Shown here one piece after another: positions 42,401-57,913 of a stretch of DNA of 64,000 bases. Each line of letters starts with the position of its first letter. The stretch's first letter is position 1. Origin of the DNA: Auanema rhodensis. Taxonomy: Eukaryota > Animalia > Nematoda. The stretch is from positions 558,001-622,000 of the forward strand of contig OZ059899.1 of the NCBI GenBank assembly GCA_964057225.1, in the 5' to 3' direction. The notes under the pieces were generated by a model, which did not search any database, was not told where the DNA came from, and worked only from the letters and a program-made list of their open reading frames with translations. The position numbers and the translations under genes are program-made.

Positions 42401-45400
42401 AGTTACATACCAAGGGCACATCACGTGTACATTTAATTAGCATAGATTAAAGTTCACGTAAATTTCAAAGTCATGGTTACCATGCACCAATATCAATAAA
42501 AATTTGTTTTTAGACTAATATGGACATGGGGAATCTAATTTTGAAAACCGCATCTCTTTATCTTTCACGTGAAGCGAGTTACATACCAAGTGCACATCAC
42601 GTGTACATTTAATTAGCATAAATTAAAGTTCACGTAAATTTCAAAGTCATGGTTACCATGAACCAATATCAATAAAAATTTGTTTTTAGACTAATATGGA
42701 CATGGGGAATCTAATTTTGAAAACCGCATCTCTTTATCTTTCACGTGAAGCGAGTTACATACCAAGTGCACATCACGTGTACATTTAATTAGCATAAATT
42801 AAAGTTCACGTAAATTTCAAAGTCATGGTTACCATGAACCAATATCAATAAAAATTTGTTTTTAGACTAATATGGGCATGGGGAATCTAATTTTGGAAAC
42901 CGCATCTCTTTATCTTTCACGTGAAGCGAGTTACATACCAAGTGCACATCACGTGTACATTTAATTAGCATAAATTAAAGTTCACGTAAATTTCAAAGTC
43001 ATGGTTACCATGAACCAATATCAATAAAAATTTGTTTTTAGACTAATATGGACATGGGGAATCTAATTTTGAAAACCGCATCTCTTTATCTTTCACGTGA
43101 AGCGAGTTACATACCAAGTGCACATCACGTGAACATTTAATTAGCATAAATTGAAGTTCACGTAAATTTCAAAGTCATGGTTACCATGAACCAATATCAA
43201 TAAAAATTTGTTTTTAGACTAATATGGACATGGGGTATCTAATTTTGAAAACCGCATCTCTTTATCTTTCACGTGAAGCGAGTTACATACCAAGTGCACA
43301 TCACGTGTACATTTAATTAGCATAAATTAAAGTTCACGTAAATTTCAAAGTCATGGTTACCATGAACCAATATCAATAAAAATTTGTTTTTAGACTAATA
43401 TGGACATGGGGAATCTAATTTTGAAAACCGCATCTCTTTATCTTTTACGTGAAGCGAGTTACATACCAAGGGCACATCACGTGTACATTTAATTAGCATA
43501 AATTAAAGTTCACGTAAATTTCAAAGTCATGGTTACCATGCACCAATATCAATAAAAATTTGTTTTTAGACTAATATGGACATGGGGAATCTAATTTTGA
43601 AAACCGCATCTTTTTATCTTTCACGTGAAGCGAGTTACATACCAAGTGCACATCACGTGTACATTTAATTAGCATAAATTAAAGTTCACGTAAATTTCAA
43701 AGTCATGGTTACCATGCACCAATATCAATAAAAATTTGTTTTTTGACTAATATGGACATGGGGAATCTAATTTTGAAAACCGCATCTCTTTATCTTTCAC
43801 GTGAAGCGAGTTACATACCAAGTGCACATCACGTGTACATTTAATTAGCATAAATTAAAGTTCACGTAAATTTCAAAGTCATGGTTACCATGAACCAATA
43901 TCAATAAAAATTTGTTTTTAGACTAATATGGACATGGGGAATCTAATTTTGAAAACCGCATCTCTTTATCTTTCACGTGAAGCGAGTTACATACCAAGTG
44001 CACATCACGTGTACATTTAATTAGCATAAATTAAAGTTCACGTAAATTTCAAAGTCATGGTTACCATGAACCAATATCGATAAAAATTTGTTTTTAGACT
44101 AATATGGACATGGGGAATTTAATTTTGAAAACCGCATCTCTTTATCTTTCACGTGAAGCGAGTTACATACCAAGTGCACATCACGTGTACATTTAATTAG
44201 CATAAATTAAAGTTCACGTAAATTTCAAAGTCATGGTTACCATGAACCAATATCAATAAAAATTTGTTTTTAGACTAATATGGACATGAGGAATCTAATT
44301 TTGAAAACCGCATCTCTTCATCTTTCACGTGAAGCGAGTTACATACCAAGTGCACATCACGTGTACATTTAATTAGCATAAATTAAAGTTCACGTAAATT
44401 TCAAAGTCATGGTTACCATGAACCAATATCAATAAAAATTTGTTTTTAGACTAATATGGACATGGGGAATCTAATTTTGAAAACCGCATCTCTTTATCTT
44501 TCACGTGAAGCGAGTTACATACCAAGTGCACATCACGTGAACATTTAATTAGCATAAATTGAAGTTCACGTAAATTTCAAAGTCATGGTTACCATGAACC
44601 AATATCAATAAAAATTTGTTTTTAGACTAATATGGACATGGGGTATCTAATTTTGAAAACCGCATCTCTTTATCTTTCACGTGAAGCGAGTTACATACCA
44701 AGTGCACATCACGTGTACATTTAATTAGCATAAATTAAAGTTCACGTAAATTTCAAAGTCATGGTTACCATGAACCAATATCAATAAAAATTTGTTTTTA
44801 GACTAATATGGACATGGGGAATCTAATTTTGAAAACCGCATCTCTTTATCTTTTACGTGAAGCGAGTTACATACCAAGGGCACATCACGTGTACATTTAA
44901 TTAGCATAAATTAAAGTTCACGTAAATTTCAAAGTCATGGTTACCATGCACCAATATCAATAAAAATTTGTTTTTAGACTAATATGGACATGGGGAATCT
45001 AATTTTGAAAACCGCATCTTTTTATCTTTCACGTGAAGCGAGTTACATACCAAGTGCACATCACGTGTACATTTAATTAGCATAAATTAAAGTTCACGTA
45101 AATTTCAAAGTCATGGTTACCATGCACCAATATCAATAAAAATTTGTTTTTAGACTAATATGGACATGGGGAATCTAATTTTGAAAACCGCATCTCTTTA
45201 TCTTTCACGTGAAGCGAGTTACATACCAAGGGCACATCACGTGTACATTTAATTAGCATAGATTAAAGTTCACGTAAATTTCAAAGTCATGGTTACCATG
45301 CACCAATATCAATAAAAATTTGTTTTTAGACTAATATGGACATGGGGAATCTAATTTTGAAAACCGCATCTCTTTATCTTTCACGTGAAGCGAGTTACAT

Positions 45401-45760
45401 ACCAAGTGCACATCACGTGTACATTTAATTAGCATAAATTAAAGTTCACGTAAATTTCAAAGTCATGGTTACCATGAACCAATATCAATAAAAATTTGTT
45501 TTTAGACTAATATGGACATGGGGAATCTAATTTTGAAAACCGCATCTCTTTATCTTTCACGTGAAGCGAGTTACATACCAAGTGCACATCACGTGTACAT
45601 TTAATTAGCATAAATTAAAGTTCACGTAAATTTCAAAGTCATGGTTACCATGCACCAATATCAATAAAAATTTGTTTTTAGACTAATATGGGCATGGGGA
45701 ATCTAATTTTGGAAACCGCATCTCTTTATCTTTCACGTGAAGCGAGTTACATACCAAGTG
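39424..45760 (-). repeat. 8-monomer higher-order repeat (1408 bp) with a 16-monomer superperiod; boundaries approximate
   Basis: GTGAACAT at 40316, 41724, 43132 and 44540, and CATCTTTTTA at 40796, 42204, 43612 and 45020, all step by 1408. CATAGATT at 42445/45261 and GGGCATGG at 42876/45692 step by 2816. Confidence 0.9.
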
Positions 45761-48700
45761 CACATCACGTGTACATTTAATTAGCATAAATTAAAGTTCA
45801 CGTAAATTTCAAAGTCATGGTTACCATGAACCAATATCAATAAAAATTTGTTTTTAGACTAATATGGACATGGGGTATCTAATTTTTAAAACCGCATCTC
45901 TTTATCTTTCACGTGAAGCGAGTTACATACCAAGTGCACATCACGTGTACATTTAATTAGCATAAATTAAAGTTCACGTAAATTTCAAAGTCATGGTTAC
46001 CATGAACCAATATCAATAAAAATTTGTTTTTAGACTAATATGGACATGGGAATCTAATTTTGAAAACCGCATCTCTTTATCTTTCACGTGAAGCGAGTTA
46101 CATACCAAGTGCACATCACGTGTACATTTAATTAGCATAAATTAAAGTTCACGTAAATTTCAAAGTCATGGTTACCATGCACAAATATCAATAAAAATTT
46201 GTTTTTAGACTAATATGGACATGGGGAATCTAATTTTGAAAACCGCATCTCTTTATCTTTCACGTGAAGCGAGTTACATACCAAGTGCACATCACGTGTA
46301 CATTTAATTAGCATAAATTGAAGTTCACGTAAATTTCAAAGTCATGGTTACCATGAACCAATATCAATAAAAATTTGTTTTTAGACTAATATGGACATGG
46401 GGAATCTAATTTTGAAAACCGCATCTCTTTATCTTTCACGTGAAGCAAGTTACATACCAAGTGCACATCACGTGTACATTTAATTAGCATAAATTAAAGT
46501 TCACGTAAATTTCAAAGTCATGGTTACCATGCACAAATATCAATAAAAATTTGTTTTTAGACTAATATGGACATGGGGAATCTAATTTTGAAAACCGCAT
46601 CTCTTTATCTTTCACGTGAAGCGAGTTACATACCAAGTGCACATCACGTTTACATTTAATTAGCATAAATTAAAGTTCACGTAAATTTCAAAGTCATGGT
46701 TACCATGCACCAATATCAATAAAAATTTGTTTTTTGACTAATATGGACATGGGGAATCTAATTTTGAAAACCGCATCTCTTTATCTTTCACGTGAAGCGA
46801 GTTACATACCAAGTGCACATCACGTGTACATTTAATTAGCATAAATTAAAGTTCACGTAAATTTCAAAGTCATGGTTACCATGAACCAATATCAATAAAA
46901 ATTTGTTTTTAGACTAATATGGACATGGGGAATCTAATTTTGAAAACCGCATCTCTTTATCTTTCACGTGAAGCGAGTTACATACCAAGTGCACATCACG
47001 TGTACATTTAATTAGCATAAATTAAAGTTCACGTAAATTTCAAAGTCATGGTTACCATGAACCAATATCAATAACAATTTGTTTTTAGACTAATATGGAC
47101 ATGGGGAATTTAATTTTGAAAACCGCATCTCTTTATCTTTCACGTGAAGCGAGTTACATACCAAGTGCACATCACGTGTACATTTAATTAGCATAAATTA
47201 AAGTTCACGTAAATTTCAAAGTCATGGTTACCATGAACCAATATCAATAAAAATTTGTTTTTAGACTAATATGGACATGAGGAATCTAATTTTGAAAACC
47301 GCATCTCTTCATCTTTCACGTGAAGCGAGTTACATACCAAGTGCACATCACGTGTACATTTAATTAGCATAAATTAAAGTTCACGTAAATTTCAAAGTCA
47401 TGGTTACCATGAACCAATATCAATAAAAATTTGTTTTTAGACTAATATGGACATGGGGAATCTAATTTTGAAAACCGCATCTCTTTATCTTTCACGTGAA
47501 GCGAGTTACATACCAAGTGCACATCACGTGTACATTTAATTAGCATAAATTAAAGTTCACGTAAATTTCAAAGTCATGGTTACCATGCACCAATATCAAT
47601 AAAAATTTGTTTTTAGACTAATATGGACATGGGGAATCTAATTTTGGAAACCGCATCTCTTTATCTTTCACGTGAAGCGAGTTACATACCAAGTGCACAT
47701 CACGTGTACATTTAATTAGCATAAATTGAAGTTCACGTAAATTTCAAAGTCATGGTTACCATGAACCAATATCAATAAAAATTTGTTTTTAGACTAATAT
47801 GGACATGGGGTATCTAATTTTGAAAACCGCATCTCTTTATCTTTCACGTGAAGCGAGTTACATACCAAGTGCACATCACGTGTACATTTAATTAGCATAA
47901 ATTAAAGTTCACGTAAATTTCAAAGTCATGGTTACCATGAACCAATATCAATAAAAATTTGTTTTTAGACTAATATGGACATGGGGAATCTAATTTTGAA
48001 AACCGCATCTCTTTATCTTTTACGTGAAGCGAGTTACATACCAAGGGCACATCACGTGTACATTTAATTAGCATAAATTAAAGTTCACGTAAATTTCAAA
48101 GTCATGGTTACCATGCACCAATATCAATAAAAATTTGTTTTTAGACTAATATGGACATGGGGAATCTAATTTTGAAAACCGCATCTTTTTATCTTTCACG
48201 TGAAGCGAGTTACATACCAAGTGCACATCACGTGTACATTTAATTAGCATAAATTAAAGTTCACGTAAATTTCAAAGTCATGGTTACCATGCACCAATAT
48301 CAATAAAAATTTGTTTTTAGACTAATATGGACATGGGGAATCTAATTTTGAAAACCGCATCTCTTTATCTTTCACGTGAAGCGAGTTACATACCAAGGGC
48401 ACATCACGTGTACATTTAATTAGCATAGATTAAAGTTCACGTAAATTTCAAAGTCATGGTTACCATGCACCAATATCAATAAAAATTTGTTTTTAGACTA
48501 ATATGGACATGGGGAATCTAATTTTGAAAACCGCATCTCTTTATCTTTCACGTGAAGCGAGTTACATACCAAGTGCACATCACGTGTACATTTAATTAGC
48601 ATAAATTAAAGTTCACGTAAATTTCAAAGTCATGGTTACCATGAACCAATATCAATAAAAATTTGTTTTTAGACTAATATGGACATGGGGAATCTAATTT

Positions 48701-51700
48701 TGAAAACCGCATCTCTTTATCTTTCACGTGAAGCGAGTTACATACCAAGTGCACATCACGTGTACATTTAATTAGCATAAATTAAAGTTCACGTAAATTT
48801 CAAAGTCATGGTTACCATGCACCAATATCAATAAAAATTTGTTTTTAGACTAATATGGACATGGGGAATCTAATTTTGGAAACCGCATCTCTTTATCTTT
48901 CACGTGAAGCGAGTTACATACCAAGTGCACATCACGTGTACATTTAATTAGCATAAATTGAAGTTCACGTAAATTTCAAAGTCATGGTTACCATGAACCA
49001 ATATCAATAAAAATTTGTTTTTAGACTAATATGGACATGGGGTATCTAATTTTGAAAACCGCATCTCTTTATCTTTCACGTGAAGCGAGTTACATACCAA
49101 GTGCACATCACGTGTACATTTAATTAGCATAAATTAAAGTTCACGTAAATTTCAAAGTCATGGTTACCATGAACCAATATCAATAAAAATTTGTTTTTAG
49201 ACTAATATGGACATGGGAATCTAATTTTGAAAACCGCATCTCTTTATCTTTCACGTGAAGCGAGTTACATACCAAGTGCACATCACGTGTACATTTAATT
49301 AGCATAAATTAAAGTTCACGTGAATTTCAAAGTCATGGTTACCATGCACAAATATCAATAAAAATTTGTTTTTAGACTAATATGGACATGGGGAATCTAA
49401 TTTTGAAAACCGCATCTCTTTATCTTTCACGTGAAGCGAGTTACATACCAAGTGCACATCACGTGTACATTTAATTAGCATAAATTGAAGTTCACGTAAA
49501 TTTCAAAGTCATGGTTACCATGAACCAATATCAATAAAAATTTGTTTTTAGACTAATATGGACATGGGGAATCTAATTTTGAAAACCGCATCTCTTTATC
49601 TTTCACGTGAAGCGAGTTACATACCAAGGGCACATCACGTGTACATTTAATTAGCATAAATTAAAGTTCACGTAAATTTCAAAGTCATGGTTACCATGCA
49701 CCAATATCAATAAAAATTTGTTTTTAGACTAATATGGACATGGGGAATCTAATTTTGAAAACCGCATCTCTTTATCTTTCACGTGAAGCGAGTTACATAC
49801 CAAGTGCACATCACGTGTACATTTAATTAGCATAAATTAAAGTTCACGTAAATTTCAAAGTCATGGTTACCATGAACCAATATCAATAAAAATTTGTTTT
49901 TAGACTAATATGGACATGGGGAATCTAATTTTGAAAACCGCATCTCTTTATCTTTCACGTGAAGCGAGTTACATACCAAGGGCACATCACGTGTACATTT
50001 AATTAGCATAAATTAAAGTTCACGTAAATTTCAAAGTCATGGTTACCATGCACAAATATCAATAAAAATTTGTTTTTAGACTAATATGGACATGGGGAAT
50101 CTAATTTTGAAAACCGCATCTCTTTATCTTTCACGTGAAGCGAGTTACATACCAAGTGCACATCACGTGTACATTTAATTAGCATAAATTAAAGTTCACG
50201 TAAATTTCAAAGTCATGGTTACCATGAACCAATATCAATAAAAATTTGTTTTTAGACTAATATGGACATGGGGAATCTAATTTTGAAAACCGCATCTCTT
50301 TATCTTTCACGTGAAGCGAGTTACATACCAAGTGCACATCACGTGTACATTTAATTAGCATAAATTAAAGTTCACGTAAATTTCAAAGTCATGGTTACCA
50401 TGAACCAATATCAATAAAAATTTGTTTTTAGACTAATATGGACATGGGGAATCTAATTTTGAAAACCGCATCTCTTTATCGTTCACGTGAAGCGAGTTAC
50501 ATACCAAGTGCACATCACGTGTACATTTAATTAGCATAAATTAAAGTTCACGTAAATTTCAAAGTCATGGTTACCATGCACCAATATCAATAAAAATTTG
50601 TTTTTAGACTAATATGGACATGGGGAATCTAATTTTGGAAACCGAATCTCTTTATCTTTCACGTGAAGCGAGTTACATACCAAGTGCACATCACGTGTAC
50701 ATTTAATTAGCATAAATTAAAGTTCACGTAAATTTCAAAGTCATGGTTACCATGAACCAATATCAATAAAAATTTGTTTTTAGACTAATATGGACATGGG
50801 GAATCTAATTTTGAAAACCGCATCTCTTTATCTTTCACGTGAAGCGAGTTACATACCAAGTGCACATCACGTGTACATTTAATTAGCATAAATTAAAGTT
50901 CACGTGAATTTCAAAGTCATGGTTACCATGCACAAATATCAATAAAAATTTGTTTTTAGACTAATATGGACATGGGGAATCTAATTTTGAAAACCGCATC
51001 TCTTTATCTTTCACGTGAAGCGAGTTACATACCAAGTTCACATCACGTGTACATTTAATTAGCATAAATTAAAGTTCACGTAAATTTCAAAGTCATGGTT
51101 ACCATGAACCAATATCAATAAAAATTTGTTTTTAGACTAATATGGACATGGGGAATCTAATTTTGAAAACCGCATCTCTTTATCTTTCACGTGAAGCGAG
51201 TTACATACCAAGTGCACATCACGTGTACATTTAATTAGCATAAATTAAAGTTCACGTAAATTTCAAAGTCATGGTTACCATGAACCAATATCAATAAAAA
51301 TTTGTTTTTAGACTAATATGGACATGGGGAATCTAATTTTGAAAACCGCATCTCTTTATCGTTCACGTGAAGCGAGTTACATACCAAGTGCACATCACGT
51401 GTACATTTAATTAGCATAAATTAAAGTTCAGGTAAATTTCAAAGTCATGGTTACCATGCACCAATATCAATAAAAATTTGTTTTTAGACTAATACGGACA
51501 TGGGGAATCTAATTTTGGAAACCGAATCTCTTTATCTTTCACGTGAAGCGAGTTACATACCAAGTGCACATCACGTGTACATTTAATTAGCATAAATTAA
51601 AGTTCACGTAAATTTCAAAGTCATGGTTACCATGAACCAATATCAATAAAAATTTGTTTTTAGACTAATATGGACATGGGGAATCTAATTTTGAAAACCG

Positions 51701-54700
51701 CATCTCTTTATCTTTCACGTGAAGCGAGTTACATACCAAGTGCACATCACGTGTACATTTAATTAGCATAAATTAAAGTTCACGTGAATTTCAAAGTCAT
51801 GGTTACCATGCACAAATATCAATAAAAATTTGTTTTTAGACTAATATGGACATGGGGAATCTAATTTTGAAAACCGCATCTCTTTATCTTTCACGTGAAG
51901 CGAGTTACATACCAAGTGCACATCACGTGTACATTTAATTAGCATAAATTAAAGTTCACGTAAATTTCAAAGTCATGGTTACCATGAACCAATATCAATA
52001 AAAATTTGTTTTTAGACTAATATGGACATGGGGAATCTAATTTTGAAAACCGCATCTCTTTATCTTTCACGTGAAGCGAGTTACATACCAAGTGCACATC
52101 ACGTGTACATTTAATTAGCATAAATTAAAGTTCACGTAAATTTCAAAGTCATGGTTACCATGAACCAATATCAATAAAAATTTGTTTTTAGACTAATATG
52201 GACATGGGGAATCTAATTTTGAAAACCGCATCTCTTTATCGTTCACGTGAAGCGAGTTACATACCAAGTGCACATCACGTGTACATTTAATTAGCATAAA
52301 TTAAAGTTCACGTAAATTTCAAAGTCATGGTTACCATGCACCAATATCAATAAAAATTTGTTTTTAGACTAATATGGACATGGGGAATCTAATTTTGAAA
52401 ACCGCATCTCTTTATCTTTCACGTGAAGCGAGTTACATACCAAGTGCACATCACGTGTACATTTAATTAGCATAAATTAAAGTTCACGTAAATTTCAAAG
52501 TCATGGTTACCATGCACCAATATCAATAAAAATTTGTTTTTAGACTAATATGGACATGGGGAATCTAATTTTGAAAACCGCATCTCTTTATCTTTCACGT
52601 GAAGCGAGTTACATACCAAGGGCACATCACGTGTACATTTAATTAGCATAAATTAAAGTTCACGTAAATTTCAAAGTCATGGTTACCATGCACCAATATC
52701 AATAAAAATTTGTTTTTAGACTAATATGGACATGGGGAATCTAATTTTGAAAACCGCATCTCTTTATCTTTCACGTGAAGCGAGTTACATACCAAGTGCA
52801 CATCACGTGTACATTTAATTAGCATAAATTAAAGTTCACGTAAATTTCAAAGTCATGGTTACCATGCACCAATATCAATAAAAATTTGTTTTTAGACTAA
52901 TATGGACATGGGGAATCTAATTTTGAAAACCGCATCTCTTTATCTTTCACGTGAAGCGAGTTACATACCAAGGGCACATCACGTGTACATTTAATTAGCA
53001 TAAATTAAAGTTCACGTAAATTTCAAAGTCATGGTTACCATGCACCAATATCAATAAAAATTTGTTTTTAGACTAATATGGACATGGGGAATCTAATTTT
53101 GAAAACCGCATCTCTTTATCTTTCACGTGAAGCGAGTTACATACCAAGGGCACATCACGTGTACATTTAATTAGCATAAATTAAAGTTCACGTAAATTTC
53201 AAAGTCATGGTTACCATGCACCAATATCAATAAAAATTTGTTTTTAGACTAATATGGACATGGGGAATCTAATTTTGGAAACCGAATCTCTTTATCTTTC
53301 ACGTGAAGCGAGTTACATACCAAGTGCACATCACGTGTACATTTAATTAGCATAAATTAAAGTTCACGTAAATTTCAAAGTCATGGTTACCATGCACCAA
53401 TACCAATAAAAATTTGTTTTTAGACTAATATGGACATGGGGAATCTAATTTTGAAAACCGCATCTCTTTATCTTTCACGTGAAGCGAGTTACATACCAAG
53501 GGCACATCACGTGTACATTTAATTAGCATAAATTAAAGTTCACGTAAATTTCAAAGTCATGGTTACCATGCACCAATATCAATAAAAATTTGTTTTTAGA
53601 CTAATATGGACATGGGGAATCTAATTTTGAAAACCGCATCTCTTTATCTTTCACGTGAAGCGAGTTACATACCAAGGGCACATCACGTGTACATTTAATT
53701 AGCATAAATTAAAGTTCACGTAAATTTCAAAGTCATGGTTACCATGCACCAATATCAATAAAAATTTGTTTTTAGACTAATATGGACATGGGGAATCTAA
53801 TTTTGAAAACCGCATCTCTTTATCTTTCACGTGAAGCGAGTTACATACCAAGTGCACATCACGTGTACATTTAATTAGCATAAATTAAAGTTCACGTAAA
53901 TTTCAAAGTCATGGTTACCATGAACCAATATCAATAAAAATTTGTTTTTAGACTAATATGGACATGGGGAATCTAATTTTGAAAACCGCATCTCTTTATC
54001 TTTCACGTGAAGCGAGTTACATACCAAGGGCACATCACGTGTACATTTAATTAGCATAAATTAAAGTTCACGTAAATTTCAAAGTCATGGTTACCATGCA
54101 CCAATATCAATAAAAATTTGTTTTTAGACTAATATGGACATGGGGAATCTAATTTTGGAAACCGAATCTCTTTATCTTTCACGTGAAGCGAGTTACATAC
54201 CAAGTGCACATCACGTGTACATTTAATTAGCATAAATTAAAGTTCACGTAAATTTCAAAGTCATGGTTACCATGCACCAATACCAATAAAAATTTGTTTT
54301 TAGACTAATATGGACATGGGGAATCTAATTTTGAAAACCGCATCTCTTTATCTTTCACGTGAAGCGAGTTACATACCAAGTGCACATCACGTGTACATTT
54401 AATTAGCATAAATTAAAGTTCACGTAAATTTCAAAGTCATGGTTACCATGAACCAATATCAATAAAAATTTGTTTTTAGACTAATATGGACATGGGGAAT
54501 CTAATTTTGAAAACCGCATCTCTTTATCTTTCACGTGAAGCGAGTTACATACCAAGTGCACATCACGTGTACATTTAATTAGCATAAATTAAAGTTCACG
54601 TGAATTTCAAAGTCATGGTTACCATGCACAAATATCAATAAAAATTTGTTTTTAGACTAATATGGACATGGGGAATCTAATTTTGAAAACCGCATCTCTT

Positions 54701-55969
54701 TATCTTTCACGTGAAGCGAGTTACATACCAAGGGCACATCACGTGTACATTTAATTAGCATAAATTAAAGTTCACGTAAATTTCAAAGTCATGGTTACCA
54801 TGCACCAATATCAATAAAAATTTGTTTTTAGACTAATATGGACATGGGGAATCTAATTTTGAAAACCGCATCTCTTTATCTTTCACGTGAAGCGAGTTAC
54901 ATACCAAGGGCACATCACGTGTACATTTAATTAGCATAAATTAAAGTTCACGTAAATTTCAAAGTCATGGTTACCATGCACCAATATCAATAAAAATTTG
55001 TTTTTAGACTAATATGGACATGGGGAATCTAATTTTGAAAACCGCATCTCTTTATCTTTCACGTGAAGCGAGTTACATACCAAGTGCACATCACGTGTAC
55101 ATTTAATTAGCATAAATTAAAGTTCACGTAAATTTCAAAGTCATGGTTACCATGAACCAATATCAATAAAAATTTGTTTTTAGACTAATATGGACATGGG
55201 GAATCTAATTTTGAAAACCGCATCTCTTTATCTTTCACGTGAAGCGAGTTACATACCAAGGGCACATCACGTGTACATTTAATTAGCATAAATTAAAGTT
55301 CACGTAAATTTCAAAGTCATGGTTACCATGCACAAATATCAATAAAAATTTGTTTTTAGACTAATATGGACATGGGGAATCTAATTTTGAAAACCGCATC
55401 TCTTTATCTTTCACGTGAAGCGAGTTACATACCAAGTGCACATCACGTGTACATTTAATTAGCATAAATTAAAGTTCACGTAAATTTCAAAGTCATGGTT
55501 ACCATGAACCAATATCAATAAAAATTTGTTTTTAGACTAATATGGACATGGGGAATCTAATTTTGAAAACCGCATCTCTTTATCTTTCACGTGAAGCGAG
55601 TTACATACCAAGTGCACATCACGTGTACATTTAATTAGCATAAATTAAAGTTCACGTAAATTTCAAAGTCATGGTTACCATGAACCAATATCAATAAAAA
55701 TTTGTTTTTAGACTAATATGGACATGGGGAATCTAATTTTGAAAACCGCATCTCTTTATCGTTCACGTGAAGCGAGTTACATACCAAGTGCACATCACGT
55801 GTACATTTAATTAGCATAAATTAAAGTTCACGTAAATTTCAAAGTCATGGTTACCATGCACCAATATCAATAAAAATTTGTTTTTAGACTAATATGGACA
55901 TGGGGAATCTAATTTTGAAAACCGCATCTCTTTATCTTTCACGTGAAGCGAGTTACATACCAAGTGCAC

Positions 55970-56061
55970 ATCACTTTAGACTAATATGGACATGGGGAAT
56001 CTAATTTTGAAAACCGCATCTCTTTATCGTTCACGTGAAGCGAGTTACATACCAAGTGCAC
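55970..56061 (-). repeat. Truncated 92-bp monomer (deletion of monomer positions 88-171), copy 1
   Basis: GTGCACATCAC|TTTAGACT at 55974/55975. The spacing between successive CAAGTGCAC motifs is 92 instead of 176. Confidence 0.95.
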
Positions 56062-57821
56062 ATCACGTGTACATTTAATTAGCATAAATTAAAGTTCACG
56101 TAAATTTCAAAGTCATGGTTACCATGCACCAATATCAATAAAAATTTGTTTTTAGACTAATATGGACATGGGGAATCTTATTTTGGAAACCGAATCTCTT
56201 TATCTTTCACGTGAAGCGAGTTACATACCAAGTGCACATCACGTGTACATTTAATTAGCATAAATTGAAGTTCACGTAAATTTCAAAGTCATGGTTACCA
56301 TGAACCAATATCAATAAAAATTTGTTTTTAGACTAATATGGACATGGGGAATCTAATTTTGAAAACCGCATCTCTTTATCTTTCACGTGAAGCGAGTTAC
56401 ATACCAAGTGCACATCACGTGTACATTTAATTAGCATAAATTAAAGTTCACGTAAATTTCAAAGTCATGGTTACCATGCACCAATATCAATAAAAAATTT
56501 TTTTTAGACTAATATGGACATGGGGAATCTAATTTTGAAAACCGCATCTCTTTATCTTTCACGTGAAGCGAGTTACATACCAAGTGCACATCACGTGTAC
56601 ATTTAATTAGCATAAATTAAAGTTCACGTAAATTTCAAAGTCATGGTTACCAAGCACCAATATCAATAAAAATTTGTTTTTAGACTAATATGGACATGGG
56701 GAATCTAATTTTGAAAACCGCATCTCTTTATCTTTCACGTGAAGCGAGTTACATACCAAGGGCACATCACGTGTACATTTAATTAGCATAAATTAAAGCT
56801 CACGTAAATTTCAAAGTCATGGTTACCATGCACCAATATCAATAAAAATTTGTTTTTAGACTAATATGGACATGGGGAATCTAATTTTGAAAACCGCATC
56901 TCTTTATCTTTCACGTGAAGCGAGTTACATACCAAGTGCACATCACGTGTACATTTAATTAGCATAAATTAAAGTTCACGTAAATTTCAAAGTCATGGTT
57001 ACCATGAACCAATATCAATAAAAATTTGTTTTTAGACTAATATGGACATGGGGAATCTAATTTTGAAAACCGCATCTCTTTATCTTTCACGTGAAGCGAG
57101 TTACATACCAAGGGCACATCACGTGTACATTTAATTAGCATAAATTAAAGTTCACGTAAATTTCAAAGTCATGGTTACCATGAACCAATATCAATAAAAA
57201 TTTGTTTTTAGACTAATATGGACATGGGGAATCTAATTTTGAAAACCGCATCTCTTTATCTTTCACGTGAAGCGAGTTACATACCAAGTGCACATCACGT
57301 GTACATTTAATTAGCATAAATTAAAGTTCACGTAAATTTCAAAGTCATGGTTACCATGCACCAATATCAATAAAAATTTGTTTTTAGACTAATATGGACA
57401 TGGGGAATCTTATTTTGGAAACCGAATCTCTTTATCTTTCACGTGAAGCGAGTTACATACCAAGTGCACATCACGTGTACATTTAATTAGCATAAATTAA
57501 AGTTCACGTAAATTTCAAAGTCATGGTTACCATGAACCAATATCAATAAAAATTTGTTTTTAGACTAATATGGACATGGGGAATCTAATTTTGAAAACCG
57601 CATCTCTTTATCGTTCACGTGAAGCGAGTTACATACCAAGTGCACATCACGTGTACATTTAATTAGCATAAATTAAAGTTCACGTAAATTTCAAAGTCAT
57701 GGTTACCATGCACCAATATCAATAAAAATTTGTTTTTAGACTAATATGGACATGGGGAATCTAATTTTGAAAACCGCATCTCTTTATCTTTCACGTGAAG
57801 CGAGTTACATACCAAGTGCAC

Positions 57822-57913
57822 ATCACTTTAGACTAATATGGACATGGGGAATCTAATTTTGAAAACCGCATCTCTTTATCGTTCACGTGAAGCGAGTTAC
57901 ATACCAAGTGCAC
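57822..57913 (-). repeat. Truncated 92-bp monomer, copy 2
   Basis: Identical breakpoint CATCAC|TTTAGAC at 57826/57827. Confidence 0.95.
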
